Shown: positions 36,967 through 50,689 of the stretch, one piece after another
How the letters are laid out: every line of letters starts with the position of its first letter
Numbering within the stretch: position 1 is the stretch's first letter
Source of the DNA: Octopus vulgaris
Taxonomy: Eukaryota
Direction: 5' to 3'
NCBI GenBank assembly: GCA_951406725.2
Contig: OX597822.1
Coordinates: 79,608,001-79,672,000 of the forward strand
Length of the DNA: 64,000 bases
Made by a program: the position numbers and the translations under genes
The notes under the pieces: generated by a model
Seen by the model: only the letters and a program-made list of their open reading frames with translations
Told to the model about the DNA's origin: nothing
The model's database searches: none

Positions 36967-38873
36967 TGTATGTATGTATGTATGTATGCATGTATGTATA
37001 CACTTCAATTAAAGGTTGTGTTATCCTCATGAATGGATGGTTCGATCCAAAGAAATACTGGTTCAATACCTGGTAATTTGGGGGGAATTAATTTCCTTAA
37101 TATAATACATATAATACATATATACATATAACAGCATATAGTTTATAATCATATAAAAGAGGGCAAAGAAAATAGAGATTAGGAAGTTAATAATTGTTTA
37201 CTAATCATCTTTACTTACAGCTGTTTCAATTAATACCCAAGAAATATTAAGTAAATATTAGATTTATATTTATATGACCTGAGCATAATATCTTCAAAGG
37301 GGTAAAATATAGCCTTGGATGTTTTATATGAGTTTGTGGATTCATTATAACAGACTGAATAACTCTTAATTTATCAATCCCAAAAGGATGAAAGGCAAAG
37401 TCGACTTCGGCGGAATTTGAATGATGGGCGAAATACCGCTAAACATTTTCTCGGCGTGCTAACTATTCGTTCAGCTCGTTGCCATAATAATTATAATAAT
37501 AATACTTTCTACTATAGGCACAAGGCCTGGAATTTGTGGAGAGGGGACAGTCGATTACATCGACCCCAGTACTACACTCTTCTATATATTATTATTTGAG
37601 CTCGACCCAATCTTTTGTTGTATAATTGCTTGACCAATTATACAACGCGGCTCTGTTGCCTCTATTTCTTTCTCTTGCAGTGATTATATTATATTAGCGT
37701 GTATTATGAATTCTTGTATTCCTTGTGCAAAATAAAAGAACATTTAAAAGAAAATTTGTATTTTTTAAAAAAGTACTAATTATAATTATGCTGACAAGTG
37801 GAATACTATTAGTGATACTACAATCACTTCTTATAAAACCAATTTTTCTTCCAAAATGATAAACATTGTTACTTCGGTTTTTTTGAAAACATTTAATTGA
37901 AATGAAATATCAGGCCTAAATGATAATTATAAAATAAAAATTAAAAACCAGTGGTGGCCTTTCCGCTATAAAAACTAACAATTACGTCAACGTTGTATAT
38001 GGGTGAACCAGAAATTGAGCTATCGATGCTAGAATGATAATCTCAATAATAAATGATATAATATAATCTTAAAGAACAAGAAAAATAAACGGAAAAAATT
38101 TCTTGTTTTTCAGAAAAAGTTTTCAACAAAAACGTTCAAACTTATTTTTCTTTAAAAATTTGTTGATTTACAGAAAAAAGGTTTAATAATATGTTGAGCC
38201 TTCAAAATAAAAAAAATAATAATAGGCATTTTGTTGCACTTTTGAAATGCTCATCTCATTAGCAAATGCATTTTATTTTAAAGGTGGGTAGGACACCACC
38301 ACTTCATTCCAATTTTATTAAAGTAAGATTAGCTATATCATTACTTTTAGAAGCATTTAATGGGGATTAATGACGGAAGGAGACGTATAATGGAATGAAG
38401 GAGAGGAGAGAAAAAGGAGGGGAGGAGGAGAGGAGAAACATGAAATAAAGCTAAGTCCAAGAACATGGATAATGAGCTATTCGAAGAGAAAAGATGGAAG
38501 GAGGTGAAGGATGGAATGAAGAAGAGAAAAGGGAAAGAAGAAAGAAGAGAGGAAATAAAAAGAGGAAGAGAGAGAGAGAGAGAGGGAGAGAGAGATAGAG
38601 AAGAAGCACGGAAAAAAGACAGGTCTGGGAAGAAGGATGATGTAACAAATGAAGATGAAGAGAAAGGATTGAAAATGGAACGAAGGAGAGAAAAGGAAAA
38701 GAAAGAGGAGGAAGAAAAGAGTTTATTACTAAAACTATTATTTTTTTCAAGATAAATATGAACAAGCACTCAGTTAGTTTCGACGACGAGGGTTCGATCA
38801 ACGGAACAACCATCTCGTGATATTAATATGCAAAGAAATACATTGATTTACAATATATTTATGTGCATGCATG

Positions 38874-38905
<32 letters not shown>

Positions 38906-38919
38906 CATACATGCACACA

Positions 38920-40890
38920 AATTTGGACCTCAGAACTCTCTGCATTCAATAAAACAGTGGCCCGCAATGTGTTTGCAGTGCCAGTACTCATACCAACATT
39001 TGGGCTGCTTGATTGGACGCTTGATGAGAACCAAGCGATTGATGTGAAAACCCGGAAAATGCTAACCAGCACACATATTTTTCACATAAACAGTGACGTA
39101 GACCGCCTCTACCTAAAACGAAAACACGACGGCAGAGGCTTAATATCGATCCAAAATGCCTTTGAATGTCGTATACAGCCCTTCGAAACCTCTTTAACTA
39201 CCGAGTGTTAAAGTGCATCCCTTGACCAAGTCTGCATACACGGGGCTGATAACATCATAAAACTTGGAAGATAGGTCCTTGAGCAGCGTTCCATGCCTGA
39301 TAACCTTAAATACATGCCCAAAGAAGTCACATGACTCTACTGCATTGTATCATTAGATGAAAAGATGAGTCTGTATGGGCAGAAGATTATGCAGGGATAT
39401 GTTAGAAGAACGCTCCGTGATGGTTAGCATTGATCATCAAAGCAATATATCACGGACCAATAGCCGGATTACGACCTCCCACTTTGAAGGGTATGCGTCT
39501 GCAGGAAATATCAACCAAATACCTGATGCACAATGGGGGTATAGATGCAGGAAAAGCAGTAAAATGTGACTTTGTGGAATTAACACCGAAGATATCACCC
39601 ACATGATAAGCAGTTGTCCGAAAATGTCATCAGGGTATTATCTACTGAAGAGACATGATGCAGTAGTTAGGACACTCTATAATGAAATCCGTCGGAAGGA
39701 TAACCCCGAGAACAAAGAAATAAGAATCCACTGTATGGTAGCAGCCATAGCCACGCATAATAAAAAAGAAGACTGGTGGAATGTACCTGTGAAAACCTCA
39801 ATAAAATGTAAGCACAACAAACTTGATATGATGATTTCGGATAGAGAAGAGAAACTGTGTACAGAAGTTTATCATTTAAATATATATGAGAATATTTAGA
39901 TCTACTCACATAAAACATACAAATCTGCACATACATACATACAGACAAACATACATACATACATACATACATACATACATACATACATACATACATACAT
40001 ACAAAAATATCCTGTTGTTGATGTTCAAATTCCAATGAAGGAGCCTTGAATCTAGGTTAGAAACCGGCTCTTTCTCTATTGGCAAGAAATCTTGAAAAAA
40101 AAAACTGAATAAGGACATACATACATACATGCATACATACATACATACATACATACATACATACATACATACATACATACATACATACATACATACATAC
40201 AGACCTGATATAATGATTTGGGATGCAGAAGAAAAATTGTGTAGTGTTGCGAAAATTAGCTGCTCAGCGGATGTTAACATAAAGCTGAAGATCAGTTAAA
40301 AAAAGAATACCTATGTTGAACTATTGAGAAATCTGCAGTTACTCTATCCAGATTACAAGTTCAGGATTATGCCCTGGGATTTGGGCCCTGGGATATGTAA
40401 CACACTACCGAAATACCAATCTTGAGAAATTAGGCTTCTCAAAACAAGAAAGGAGAACGCTGATTCAAAGACTACCGATCCAATCCATCACCAGAACTGT
40501 AAAATCTGTAACCTTCCCAGAAGTTTGCCATTTAAATATATAAGACCATATCTAGACATAGAACTGTATGTACGAGAATATATGCATAAAACAAAACATA
40601 CAAATCTGCACATATACATACATACATACATACATACATACATACATACATACATACATACATACATACATACATACACACACACACATACATACATACA
40701 TACATACATACATACATACATACATACATACATACATACATACATACATACATACATACATACATACATACAAAAATACCCTGTTGATAATGTTGAAATT
40801 CCAATGAAAGCGTCTTGGATCTAGGTTAGAAATCGACTCTTTCTCTATTGGTAAGAAATCTTAAATAAGCTGAATAATGCCATACATATT
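38920..40890 (+). mobile_element. Two tandem truncated copies of the (TACA)n-associated RLE retrotransposon
   Basis: IWTSELSAFNK..FAVPVL..DWT, RLYLKRK.GRGL, EDITHMISSC, KRHD, WWNVP..KHNK.D. Second piece starts RPDIMIWD at about 40200. (CATA)n at every junction. Confidence 0.85.
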
Positions 40891-40984
40891 TACAAACATG
40901 CATACATACATATATGACTTTCAGGTAATTAACACCAGAGGCTTTGTGAGAGCATTCCCCACCTCCCCATACCGTAGCCTACCG

Positions 40985-41111
40985 AGAAATACCTGAAGCG
41001 TATACGTTAAGTATAACTGGTTGATAATGTCTATTAGTCTAGTGCTACTAGAAATACCTGAAGCGTATACGTTAAGTATAACTGGTTGATAATGTCTATT
41101 AGTCTAGTGCT
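40985..41111. repeat. Direct tandem duplication, about 65-bp unit
   Basis: AGAAATACCTGAAGCGTATACG...AGTCTAGTGCT occurs twice. Confidence 0.9.
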
Positions 41112-41449
41112 GCTTCTATTTCATATATATATATATTTTTGCATTGAGAATCCCTCCTCGCTGATGACGAGTCAATACCCCAAAACTCGGATCCGTGTGT
41201 ATCACGTCAGGCTGGAGATGGGAAAGATGACTTCCCTTTGCGAATACTGATGGGGCACAGATAGTATGTCAATAGCCACCTGGCGGAGATGTCTTTCTGG
41301 GGCTACAACCTATAGTAGCATCGATCCTTAAGGGTTAGCCACATTTAGGTGGGAAATATAACTCACGATGTCGTGCTTCTACTTTTTATATCTCGCTCAG
41401 AGATTTATTATTGTATATATATGTGTGTGTGTGTGTGTATGTATATCAC

Positions 41450-41741
41450 ATGATCACATGTTGCTACACATCGCTACACATCGCTGGTCACAATGCTCTT
41501 CGCATTGGTTTAGCCTTCACATGACGCCACCCCACTGGCTAAGCGAGCAGGCCAACAGAAGAAAGAGTGAGAGAAAGTTGCGGCGAAAGAGTACAGCAGG
41601 GATCGCCCCCCCCCTGCCAGAGCCTCGTGCAGCTTTAGGTGTTTCGCTCAATAAACACTCACAACGCCCGGTCTGGGAATCGAAACCGTGATCCTACGAC
41701 CGCGAGTCCGCTGCCCTAACCACTGGGCCATTGCGCCTCCA
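41450..41741 (-). mobile_element. tRNA-derived SINE (family 3)
   Basis: Reverse complement has A-box TGGCCCAGTGG and B-box GGTTTCGATTCC followed by a unique body. Confidence 0.8.
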
Positions 41742-41781
41742 CGCGTATGTATATATGTATGTATATATGTATGTATATATG

Positions 41782-41852
<71 letters not shown>

Positions 41853-42099
41853 ATGTATGTATGTATATATAAACCATGTTGTTTGAAAAGATATGTAAGT
41901 TATTTCTTTATTATCATGCGGGTTCACACAGATGGGGACAATACAATGATTTGGGGTCAAATGGAAATATATACAGTGAAATCGAATGGATTAATTACAA
42001 TGAAAATGAAAATGAAATTGAACAAGAACAAACAAATAAAAAGGGACAAATGAAATCAAAAGAACTAGGTTGCCGACCCCACGAGCCCCGTCATTTTAA

Positions 42100-43058
42100 C
42101 TGAAACCTTTTGGTAAGTGATCATGGCGTGTTCATGCAAGGCCTTTCACCCCTAGCATTCGTGCAACACGCATCCATCTTTTTTTGATTACAGACTCTGA
42201 CAGACACCTTTTCTCTAGCCCACCTTCCTTTTCAGATGGAACCTGAAAAAGTTCGTTAGGGCGGTGCCAGAGATCATGGTGTCTGACATTATACCTTTCA
42301 CTCTAGTCTTCCATATAACCTCTTTCGCAACTGCTACTGTCGCGAGAAAGCAATGCTTACCTTCGTTCGTCATGAAACCAGGCGGGTCAATTTTTAAGAT
42401 TGACTCAGACGACAGCTGTACTCTTCCTCCGTCCGACAACAGGTGTTCGGCATAAACCCACACTTCCGAAATTTCCGGACACTGAACAATGGCGTGCAGG
42501 ACTGTTTCCACATCCTGCCCGCATCTTGGACAGGCCGAAGGTCCACTGTGACCATGCCTTGTGAGTTTATCTCGAACGGGTAAGGCCCCACTGTAACACT
42601 GCCAGGCCAATGACTTCTGAAAGTTATCCTGTGTCCCTGGTCCGAATGTCCTTTGGAATAGGCTGTCTAACTGATTACCATCGAGACCTAGGGTCTTTCC
42701 CAGGGTATCGTCATTTCCGGCCTCTACCAACCTACTATAGAACGCTGCAGTGGAACCAAAGCCACCGGCATTGCCCGAGCTGCGGAAGCGTAAGAGAGCC
42801 TTCCGGCACTCCGAATACCACATACTCGATCTTAGTCTGCGACGAAACCAGGTTTCTCTACCACCAAAACAGGCAAAGCTGGGGACCACTTTGCGAGCGG
42901 GGACCACACCCGTTCACCTTCCAGGTAGAGCCAAAGATGCCCCAACCTCAGCGCATGTCTGCGCATCAACAGCCAAGGCATCCCTAACCCACCCTTTAAT
43001 GGCTTTTGACAACAGATAGAACCTCTCACAAGAGGAGTGGAACCCTTCCACAAAAAGC
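42100..43058 (-). mobile_element. Tx1/L1-clade LINE 3' fragment (zf-RVT region)
   Basis: KGGLGMP, WQCYSGALPVRDKL and CPRCGQDVETVLHAIVQC, then IWKTR. Confidence 0.8.
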
Positions 43059-43060
43059 GA

Positions 43061-44943
43061 AAATGATTATTTCCATGTATCCCATTGTTAAATTCGCAAT
43101 GACTGGTGCTGCCCTTGTACCCATAGCAATTCCGGATTTTTGACGGTAAAATGTATTGTCAAACATGAAGTGGTTATTGTGTAGGATGAATTCAATTGAT
43201 TTAGTAATGAATTCTTTACTGATCCTTTTTGGTATTTCTTCCGGAAATTGGTCTAACCAGAACTGTATTGCCTCCAGTCCATAATTATGAGGTATACTGG
43301 TATACAAGTTGACTACATCAAATGAAACCAGGATTGTTTCTTCCTTGGCTTTTTTTGGAAGGTGGTTTAACATATCTAAGTCATCTCTGATATGGCTATC
43401 GATATGTTTAAGAAAGGGTTTCAGGAGGATGTCCATAAGTAGACTTAGTCTGTGTGTTTCACAAGTTGGGCCAGCTGGAAATAATCATTTACCAGGAATC
43501 TTTATCAATCTTTGGAAACCCCCTCTCTCAATACATAAAAGATAACTGGAAACGATTCTTGGACGATTGTTTTATTCTCTGGAATGAAAACACAGATAAA
43601 CTCCTAAAATTTAAAAACCTATTGAACAGCATAAACCCAAATATACAGTTCACAATGGAATACAACCAAAAGGAGCTCCCGTTCTTGGATATACTAATTA
43701 AAAAAATTAACCTTAAAATAGAAACAGACATTTTCTACAAAGCCACAGACGCCAAACAATACCTTCTCTTTAATTCATGCCACCCAAGACACACTAAAAC
43801 AAACATCCCCTTCAACCTTGCAAGAAGGATATGCACAATAGTGTCAGAACAAAATACCAGGAACTTTAGACTGCAAGAACTCAAAAACACCCTAATTGAC
43901 AGACATTACCCAGCTCAACTCATAGAGGATGGGATCAGACGTGCAACAGAAATCAACATAGAAACTTTAAGAAAAGTTCAACACAACAACACACCTTCCC
44001 CGAAAATACTACCTTACATATCTACATACAACCCCAGAAACAAAGAAGCCTTCACCATCATCACCCAGAATTTACCAATACTTCATAAAAAACCCAAATT
44101 AAAGGAAATTCTAAACATACACCAAATCATTAAAAGCTACAAACAGCCTAAATCACTTAAAAAGATTCTCACAAAGGCAAAATTGTCTTCTGAAATTACG
44201 GATGCAAAAGTAAAAAAATGTGGTAGATCGAACTGTGCAACATGTCCTAACCTGCTAGAAGGATCAGAATTCCTCTTTAAAGAGGGACAGAAATTCAAGA
44301 TCAAATCTAACTTTACTTGTGCCTCTGAAAACATAATTTATGTCATAAAATGCTCGGGCTGCCACCAAGACTACGTGGGTTCCACGGGACTATCACTCAG
44401 ATGTAGATGCACACTGCATCGACAACAGATTGCATTCCCAGAATATAGAATGATACCTTTTAGTAAGCACATTGAGAAATGCGCAAAGCAACTACTACCA
44501 CAATTTTTAATCTTTCCATTTTACCAATGTGCTTTCGGATCATCAACACAAATTAGACTAAACAAGGAAACATTCTTCATTGAAAAGTACAAGCCCAGAC
44601 TCAACCATCCGAACATACTGATACAGAGAAATTCACATTAAGGGAAAAGGAAAAAAATTTTTTAAGCGATTATCTCTCTTACACAGGAAGAAATCACCCA
44701 CTACCTTCCCTTATTTAGAACTCTCCGGAGCATAAACACAAGGATAACTCTATTCAACATAAACATAACGTCACAAGAAATTTGAAAAGCTAAATGCGAA
44801 ACCGGTCTTTCTTTAAAAATTATGTCATTATAAGGGAGGAAAAAAATTTTTTTTAACAAATTTTCTAATATTCTTCAGACATATTGACGCAAATATATAT
44901 ATTTTTTAACATTTAAGCCTTCTGTCGTTTTTTCACTCTTTAC

Positions 44944-44945
<2 letters not shown>
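43061..44945 (+). mobile_element. Penelope-like element (Neptune-like Cys linker) with inverted 5' segment
   Basis: Minus part encodes SFDVVNLYT and GIAMGT. Plus ORF 43454-44641 continues RFLDD, LPFLD, SCHP, CGRSNCATC and IIYVIKC..YVGST. Variant hammerhead at 44775-44813. Confidence 0.9.
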
Positions 44946-45008
<63 letters not shown>

Positions 45009-45169
45009 AGTATGTATATATATAGATGTGTGTGTGTGTGTGTCACACCTCGAATACTGCTGCCCACTGGGGTCTCCCCATACAAGACAAAACATCTCGA
45101 GGATTGAATCACCCCAGAGGGCACTCACTAAACGAATTGAAGGCATGACTGCTCTCGATTATTGCTTGA

Positions 45170-45352
45170 CAGCTGAGGCTGGTGTGTTTACGTCCCCGTC
45201 ACTTAGCGGTTCGGCAAAAGAGACCGATAGAATAAGTACTGGGCTTACAAAGAATAGGTCCCGGGGTCGATTTGCTCGACTAAAGGCGGTGCTCCAGCAT
45301 GGCCGCAGTCAAATGACTGAAACAAGTAAAAGAGTAAAAGAGTAAAAGAGTA
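45170..45352 (+). mobile_element. SINE family 2, 3' half (preceded by a small CR1 RT piece at 45043-45165)
   Basis: Matches 46830-47005. The preceding piece reads HLEYCCPLGSPH..IESPQR. Confidence 0.75.
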
Positions 45353-45353
45353 A

Positions 45354-45393
<40 letters not shown>

Positions 45394-45455
45394 TAATAAT
45401 AATAAAAATATTACCGATTATAGTAGTATTAGTAGTATTAGTAGTAGTAGTAGTA

Positions 45456-45492
<37 letters not shown>

Positions 45493-45514
45493 CAACAACA
45501 ACAACAACAACAAC

Positions 45515-45547
<33 letters not shown>

Positions 45548-48090
45548 GATAGCAATATCAATAATATTAATAGTAATAATGCTCCTAGTTGCAATTGTCG
45601 AGTTAAATCCCACTGTCCGTTATTAGGTAGATGTTTAATCCAAAATGTAGTTTATAAATGTACAATTGTGACTGAGGCTTGTAACTTTATATAATTATAG
45701 GATGTACAATAAATTTGAAAGAAACGTATCAATAACCATCCTTCATCTTTTAGACTCAAACATAAAGCAAATAGTACGTCTTTATCTAGTAAGATTTGGG
45801 AACTGAAAGAAAGCGGGATCGGATTTAGCCTTAAATGGGATATAATACGGAGAGCGCAGCGTTATAGAGATAGTCGATATGAGTGTGATCTGTGCTCAAT
45901 GGTAACTTATGAGATTTTTAAGTATAGGGACAAGAACAACCTGATTAATGATAGATTAGACCTAAGGTATCATGCATGCGTAGCGTCACCCGAATATTTA
46001 AGTATTTTCGAAACTAACAATTATAGGTGCCATACTTGAACTTCGATGGTGGAAATGAATTTTGGTGTCGTATCCGTTGTAAACTTACCCTCCAGTATTA
46101 AATATAAAAGATCATGGGATATTATGTTTTATGCTGAATTATATTGCATTACATATGTTATGTGCTACGTGTTGTGGTATGTGGAGTGCTATATGTAATA
46201 TTATCTCATGATAATCCCTGCCTAGTTCGTCTAACTTCACCCTATTTTGGTGATTACACTATTTTCCTTTCTAGGATGTTCTGCCCTACTCATCATATCA
46301 TGTATAGTTGTTATGACTTTATGGAAGTAAGTCTCCTTTCGACTAAATCATATACCACCTACAAACTTTAAAATCATACATACAATAACACCTGTAATAT
46401 TATAACTTATGAAATCCTTTCGGTTTGAATGCCTTTAACCGCTCTCAATACTTCCATATCTATTACCCTCACTTTTCGGGTTACGTTTAACTTTTCTCTG
46501 CCTCTAATTTTAATCCCCTGCCTCTTTATATGTAGGTTGTATGTATTTCTTATTATTTTCTCTAAATTCTTATTTTGTTTTCTTATTTTGATATCCTTAC
46601 TTAGGCGCAGGAGAGGCTGTGTGGTAAGGAGCTAGTTTACCAACCACATGGTTCCTGGTTCAGTCCCACTGCGTGTCACCTTGGGCAAGTGTCTTTTACT
46701 ATAGCCTCGGGCCGACCAAAGCTTTGTGAGTGGACTTGGTTGACGGAAACTGAAAGAAGCCCGTCGTATATATGTATATATATATATATGCGTGTGTGTG
46801 TTTGTCCCCCTAGCATTGCTTGACAACCGATGCTGGTGTGTTTATGTCCCCGTCACTTAGCGGTTCGGCAAAAGAGACCGATAGAATAAGTACTGGGCTT
46901 ACAAAAGAATAAGTCCCGGGGTCGAATTGCTCGATTAAAAGTGGTGCTCCAGCTTGGCCGCAGTCAAATGACTGAAACAAGTAAAAGAGTAAAGAGTAAA
47001 GAGTATTAACCTTTTTTCCTTCTTAACTTGATATTTTTCCGTTACTTAAGTCTATGCGAGAAATTAATACTATATCCGTATAAGCGCATAAATATTTGTG
47101 TATGTGTACATATGCATATGTATATGTGTGTGTATGTGTGTGTATGCCCACCCACAAACATATGTAAAAAAAACCCTCTTTGTAGATGTATCTGCATGCA
47201 TTTTTACACTTTTCTGATTCATGGCTTAAAATTAATAGACGGTATGCATATCTTTCTAGTTATTCCTTGAGCAGTCTTTATAGAAACCACCTAATAATTA
47301 ATTAATTAAGTAATCTTCCTGTTTAATGTTTATAATTGACATATACACACCTTTTACCTATTTTGGTTTTATCATGTTTGGAATTCTTAAATCTTATTTT
47401 TATACAACATAACAATATTGTTTATAAACATTCCCTCATATTGCCCCTAATAGAATTTCCTCTGTAATAACATCCTAGGTTTCTTACTGTTTTGCCCCTG
47501 TAAATGGTAATTAACATCGTGATTTAAAGTCTACGCCTACCCTAACTCTTTTTATAGACAGTTACTTATATCAAACTGACTACTCCTAATGTCATATTTC
47601 CTCCATGGAGAAAAGGGATACATATGATAATATTTATGACCATCCCTAGCCATGAGCTGTCAACTCACTCCTGTCCTTTATTCAAAATAGACACAGTCTT
47701 CTAGTCTCAGAATTAGTAGTTGATAAAGAGATAAATGAATTAGAAACGAATTACAACCCTATGACCCCACTATGCTCCATGTGATTCTTAGGAGTTGTAG
47801 TCTATTCTTAGTTGCAACAGCGACAACATGAATTTCTTCCATCTTCTTACTCTGTTAAAATATATAAGAAAAATTATATTAATTTATCCTACTTGTTAAA
47901 ATTCCATTTACTTATTTGTGCACCTGAAGATAGCACTACATTTAAATTGATGGAGCCCCTTGAAACGGTCGTACTGCATTACTACTTGATATCCTGTTGC
48001 TTATTTTGATTTTATTCACCTTCGAGCTGTGCGGATACCGGACTGACTTGGTGCTTCAACTTAAGTACCTAATTGAATCTTAATTATTTC
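45353..48090 (+). mobile_element. Degenerate PLE: Asn-rich linker, GIY-YIG, 3' region and pLTR hammerhead
   Basis: NCRVKSHCPLLGRC..VVYKC, STSLSSKIWELK and ECDLC at 45590-45900. Hammerhead-like CTGAAGA..GAAACGGTCGTA at 47919-47978. Continuity across the span is inferred. Confidence 0.6.
46604..47005 (+). mobile_element. SINE family 2, full length
   Basis: tRNA-like head GGCGCAGGAGAGGCTGTGTGGTAAG..GGTTCAGTCCC, central dinucleotide repeat and (AAAGAGT)n tail. Other copies at 48135-48280(-) and 59745-59900(-). Confidence 0.88.
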
Positions 48091-48092
48091 TA

Positions 48093-48134
<42 letters not shown>

Positions 48135-49244
48135 CAGATTTCTTTCAGTTTCTGTCTGCCAAATCCATTCGCAAAGCTTTGGTCGGTCCGACGCTATAGC
48201 AGAAGACACTTGCGCAAGGTGTCACACATTGGGACTGAACACAGAACTATGTGGTTGGGAAGCAAGCTTCTTACCATACTGCCATTAATAATTATTTTCT
48301 CTTAGTAAAAGTGCGAAAGAAATCAATATTACTGTTTATATAATTGTAGCTTAGTGGCAGTCTTTGTTACAATACTAACTCGAATTAAAAATACCCGGCA
48401 GTATTCAACTTCTGCGTTCGTGGTTCAAACAATGCCATTAGCAGAATTGACTATTGTTTCTAGAATATGAAGCAATCATTTTGGTTGACTCCGTTTATAA
48501 TGGTGATGTCTGATGCTGAAACATTCAGATCATCAGAGATCAAATAGACTCCCGAGACGAGCAAGTGCATAACTTTCAAAGCATTGTAGGTCTACATCAT
48601 TTAATAACTCATATTGAAACTTATTAGTCTTGATAAACCAGAAATTCTAACATTAAACAAGAATCTGTATACGATTCAGTGTAACAGGGACTTCCAGTTC
48701 TACAAGCTAATTAAATATTTAATATATAAAGAACGCCAAATTATATAATTTGCAATATGTATTTACCCCTCTTAACGTTCTGTGAAAAAGTGTAGATTAT
48801 TAAATTGTTGGGCTTATGACCGTAATGTTGTGGGTTCCGTTTCGGTGTATCCTCAGCTGAGACAATTCTTTTCACGTTGACAGGGCCTATTCAGATGTAA
48901 AGGTGTTTGTCACAGATTGCCGTCTTGCAAAACTTTTGACCTAAAATCTTGCAAATACAAGATGTCGACGGCCCTTGATGACTGCGACATACTGTGCAAG
49001 AGTTGAATTTTTTCTGTTACCGCGATCAAAAGAATTGAGGACAGCGATATACTTTGAGTAAATTCAGTCATTTTTTTCTGTCGTCTTACATGTAACCATG
49101 TACCAGTAGTAGCCATGATTGAGCAAACCTTTAACCAACGACATCCTGACCCTGATCATCCCGTTGTTTTTATTCCAGACACTACAATTAGGACGCAATA
49201 TTCTTAAACAGTAGGGATTTTGCAGTTGAAACGTAAGAAATAAG

Positions 49245-49256
49245 ATGAACTTTGAG
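49245..49256 (+). CDS. Candidate start-codon exon A (MNFE) of the chitin-synthase-like gene
   Basis: TTTTGCAG acceptor at 49225, upstream in-frame TGA, ATGAACTTTGAG|GTATGT. Phase 0 fits the exon at 51804. Confidence 0.45.
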
Positions 49257-49583
49257 GTATGTAATGTTTAATTTTTTTTTCTGCCATTTGAATTTTCCTT
49301 TGGGTAACTACCTTAGTCTCAACTGGTACCAGCTACGCATTGGGAGAGATAACTTTTTAGAAGTTCCTTCGAAGGAACCCACATTTCGTCCTCTCGTATT
49401 CACGATCGTACTCTTTCGGTCGTAGCCCAGCATTTTCACTTAAATGTTTCTTAGTGCCGATATCAGAAGTCCTACGATATTTGTATCATCGTGTTATTCT
49501 TTCTGCTTATTGTAAGTTCACACATTGCAACAGTTTTATTTGATATTCTTTGAAGGTTCTGAAATCAAAACGTAAGAACTAAG

Positions 49584-49595
49584 ATGAATTTTGAG
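49584..49595 (+). CDS. Candidate start-codon exon B (MNFE), duplicate of exon A
   Basis: ATGAATTTTGAG|GTAAAT, synonymous with copy A. Upstream in-frame TGA and an AG acceptor at 49554-49555. Confidence 0.4.
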
Positions 49596-50689
49596 GTAAA
49601 TTTTGAATTTTAAATTTCCAGTAGTTTTCTACCTTAGTTGGTCTCGACATCTAACTGAAGTTGATCGACAGCTGGAAAAAGTAAATAGCAAAAAGACCAT
49701 ACGCTTATAATAAAGAAAAAAACTCTCTTTCTCCCCTCTTCACCTTTTTCACTCTGACCTTTTTCTTTGTCTCTCTATCTGTACTTCTCCGTGAATAAAT
49801 ATATATTCACACGAAGGAACAAACGAAAGAAATTAGCACTCAACAAATTTAATTAGTTATATGTCGAACCTCCAACCATGTAATAAGACGGACGTGTCGT
49901 TTTCGCCCACGAAACTTTAAGTCAAATATCAGGCCTTGTGCTCAAAGCAGAAAGGAATATATTGCAATGATTTTTCTCTCTTTGCCAATCAAATGCATTT
50001 TGCTGAAAGAAACCATGTCGAAGACAAGTTAAGTCGAAATCATTTTATCGATGCTTCACTTTTGTTTTTATTTATGTTTTTGTGGTTTATTTCGACTGAA
50101 TGAATCGATTATTTACCAAGGTGTTGTTTGTTTGTAATCTTACCAGAAAACTTTCTTCATTATTTAGGTCCCTAACTTTTAACAGCCAAGTCCCCCTACG
50201 TATGGAAAGATGCACAACTTCACCGATTTAAATAGCGGCAGCAATATTAGATAGATGAGTATTTCGTCTATTTATAGGGCTGAGTTATATTCTGCCTATA
50301 TATGAAATGCTAACATCCAGGGTCAGTTAAGGATATCGCTTTTCGAGCAACCACTTGTGTCCTTCGGTAGTGGAGAGAACGTCATGTGTTTTGGACCGTC
50401 CAAATACGAGAGAATGGACTATAAGTAAAATGAAAAGAAAGCGTGTAAATTTCTCGAGCGGAGGAATGGAGTTAAGCTTATTCAAAACTTGTTGCGGAGG
50501 CCGGTGTGCGTTGGAGTGGAAACTGTATGTCGCCCGGTTCGAACGATAAAAAAAAACAACTCATCTGGCTTCCAGAAAGAACGTGTAAATTGAGATAGTG
50601 TCAATGAGACGTTATTTTGAAGGATCTCCGCCTCTTGTAAATAAGTTGGACACGTGGTTTGAGAGAAAAGAGGTTAATAAACAGCAAAA

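Noticed and set aside
38347-38813. Charged or Ser/Phe-rich ORFs
   Set aside because: Purine-rich low-complexity tract with no domain signal or convincing splice sites.
41156-41212. CTGATGA with hairpins resembling a hammerhead
   Set aside because: GAAA is replaced by GATC and stem I does not pair properly.
50146-50260. Candidate exon between the MNFE exons and 51804
   Set aside because: Stops in all three frames tested from the 50185 acceptor, and no good donor.
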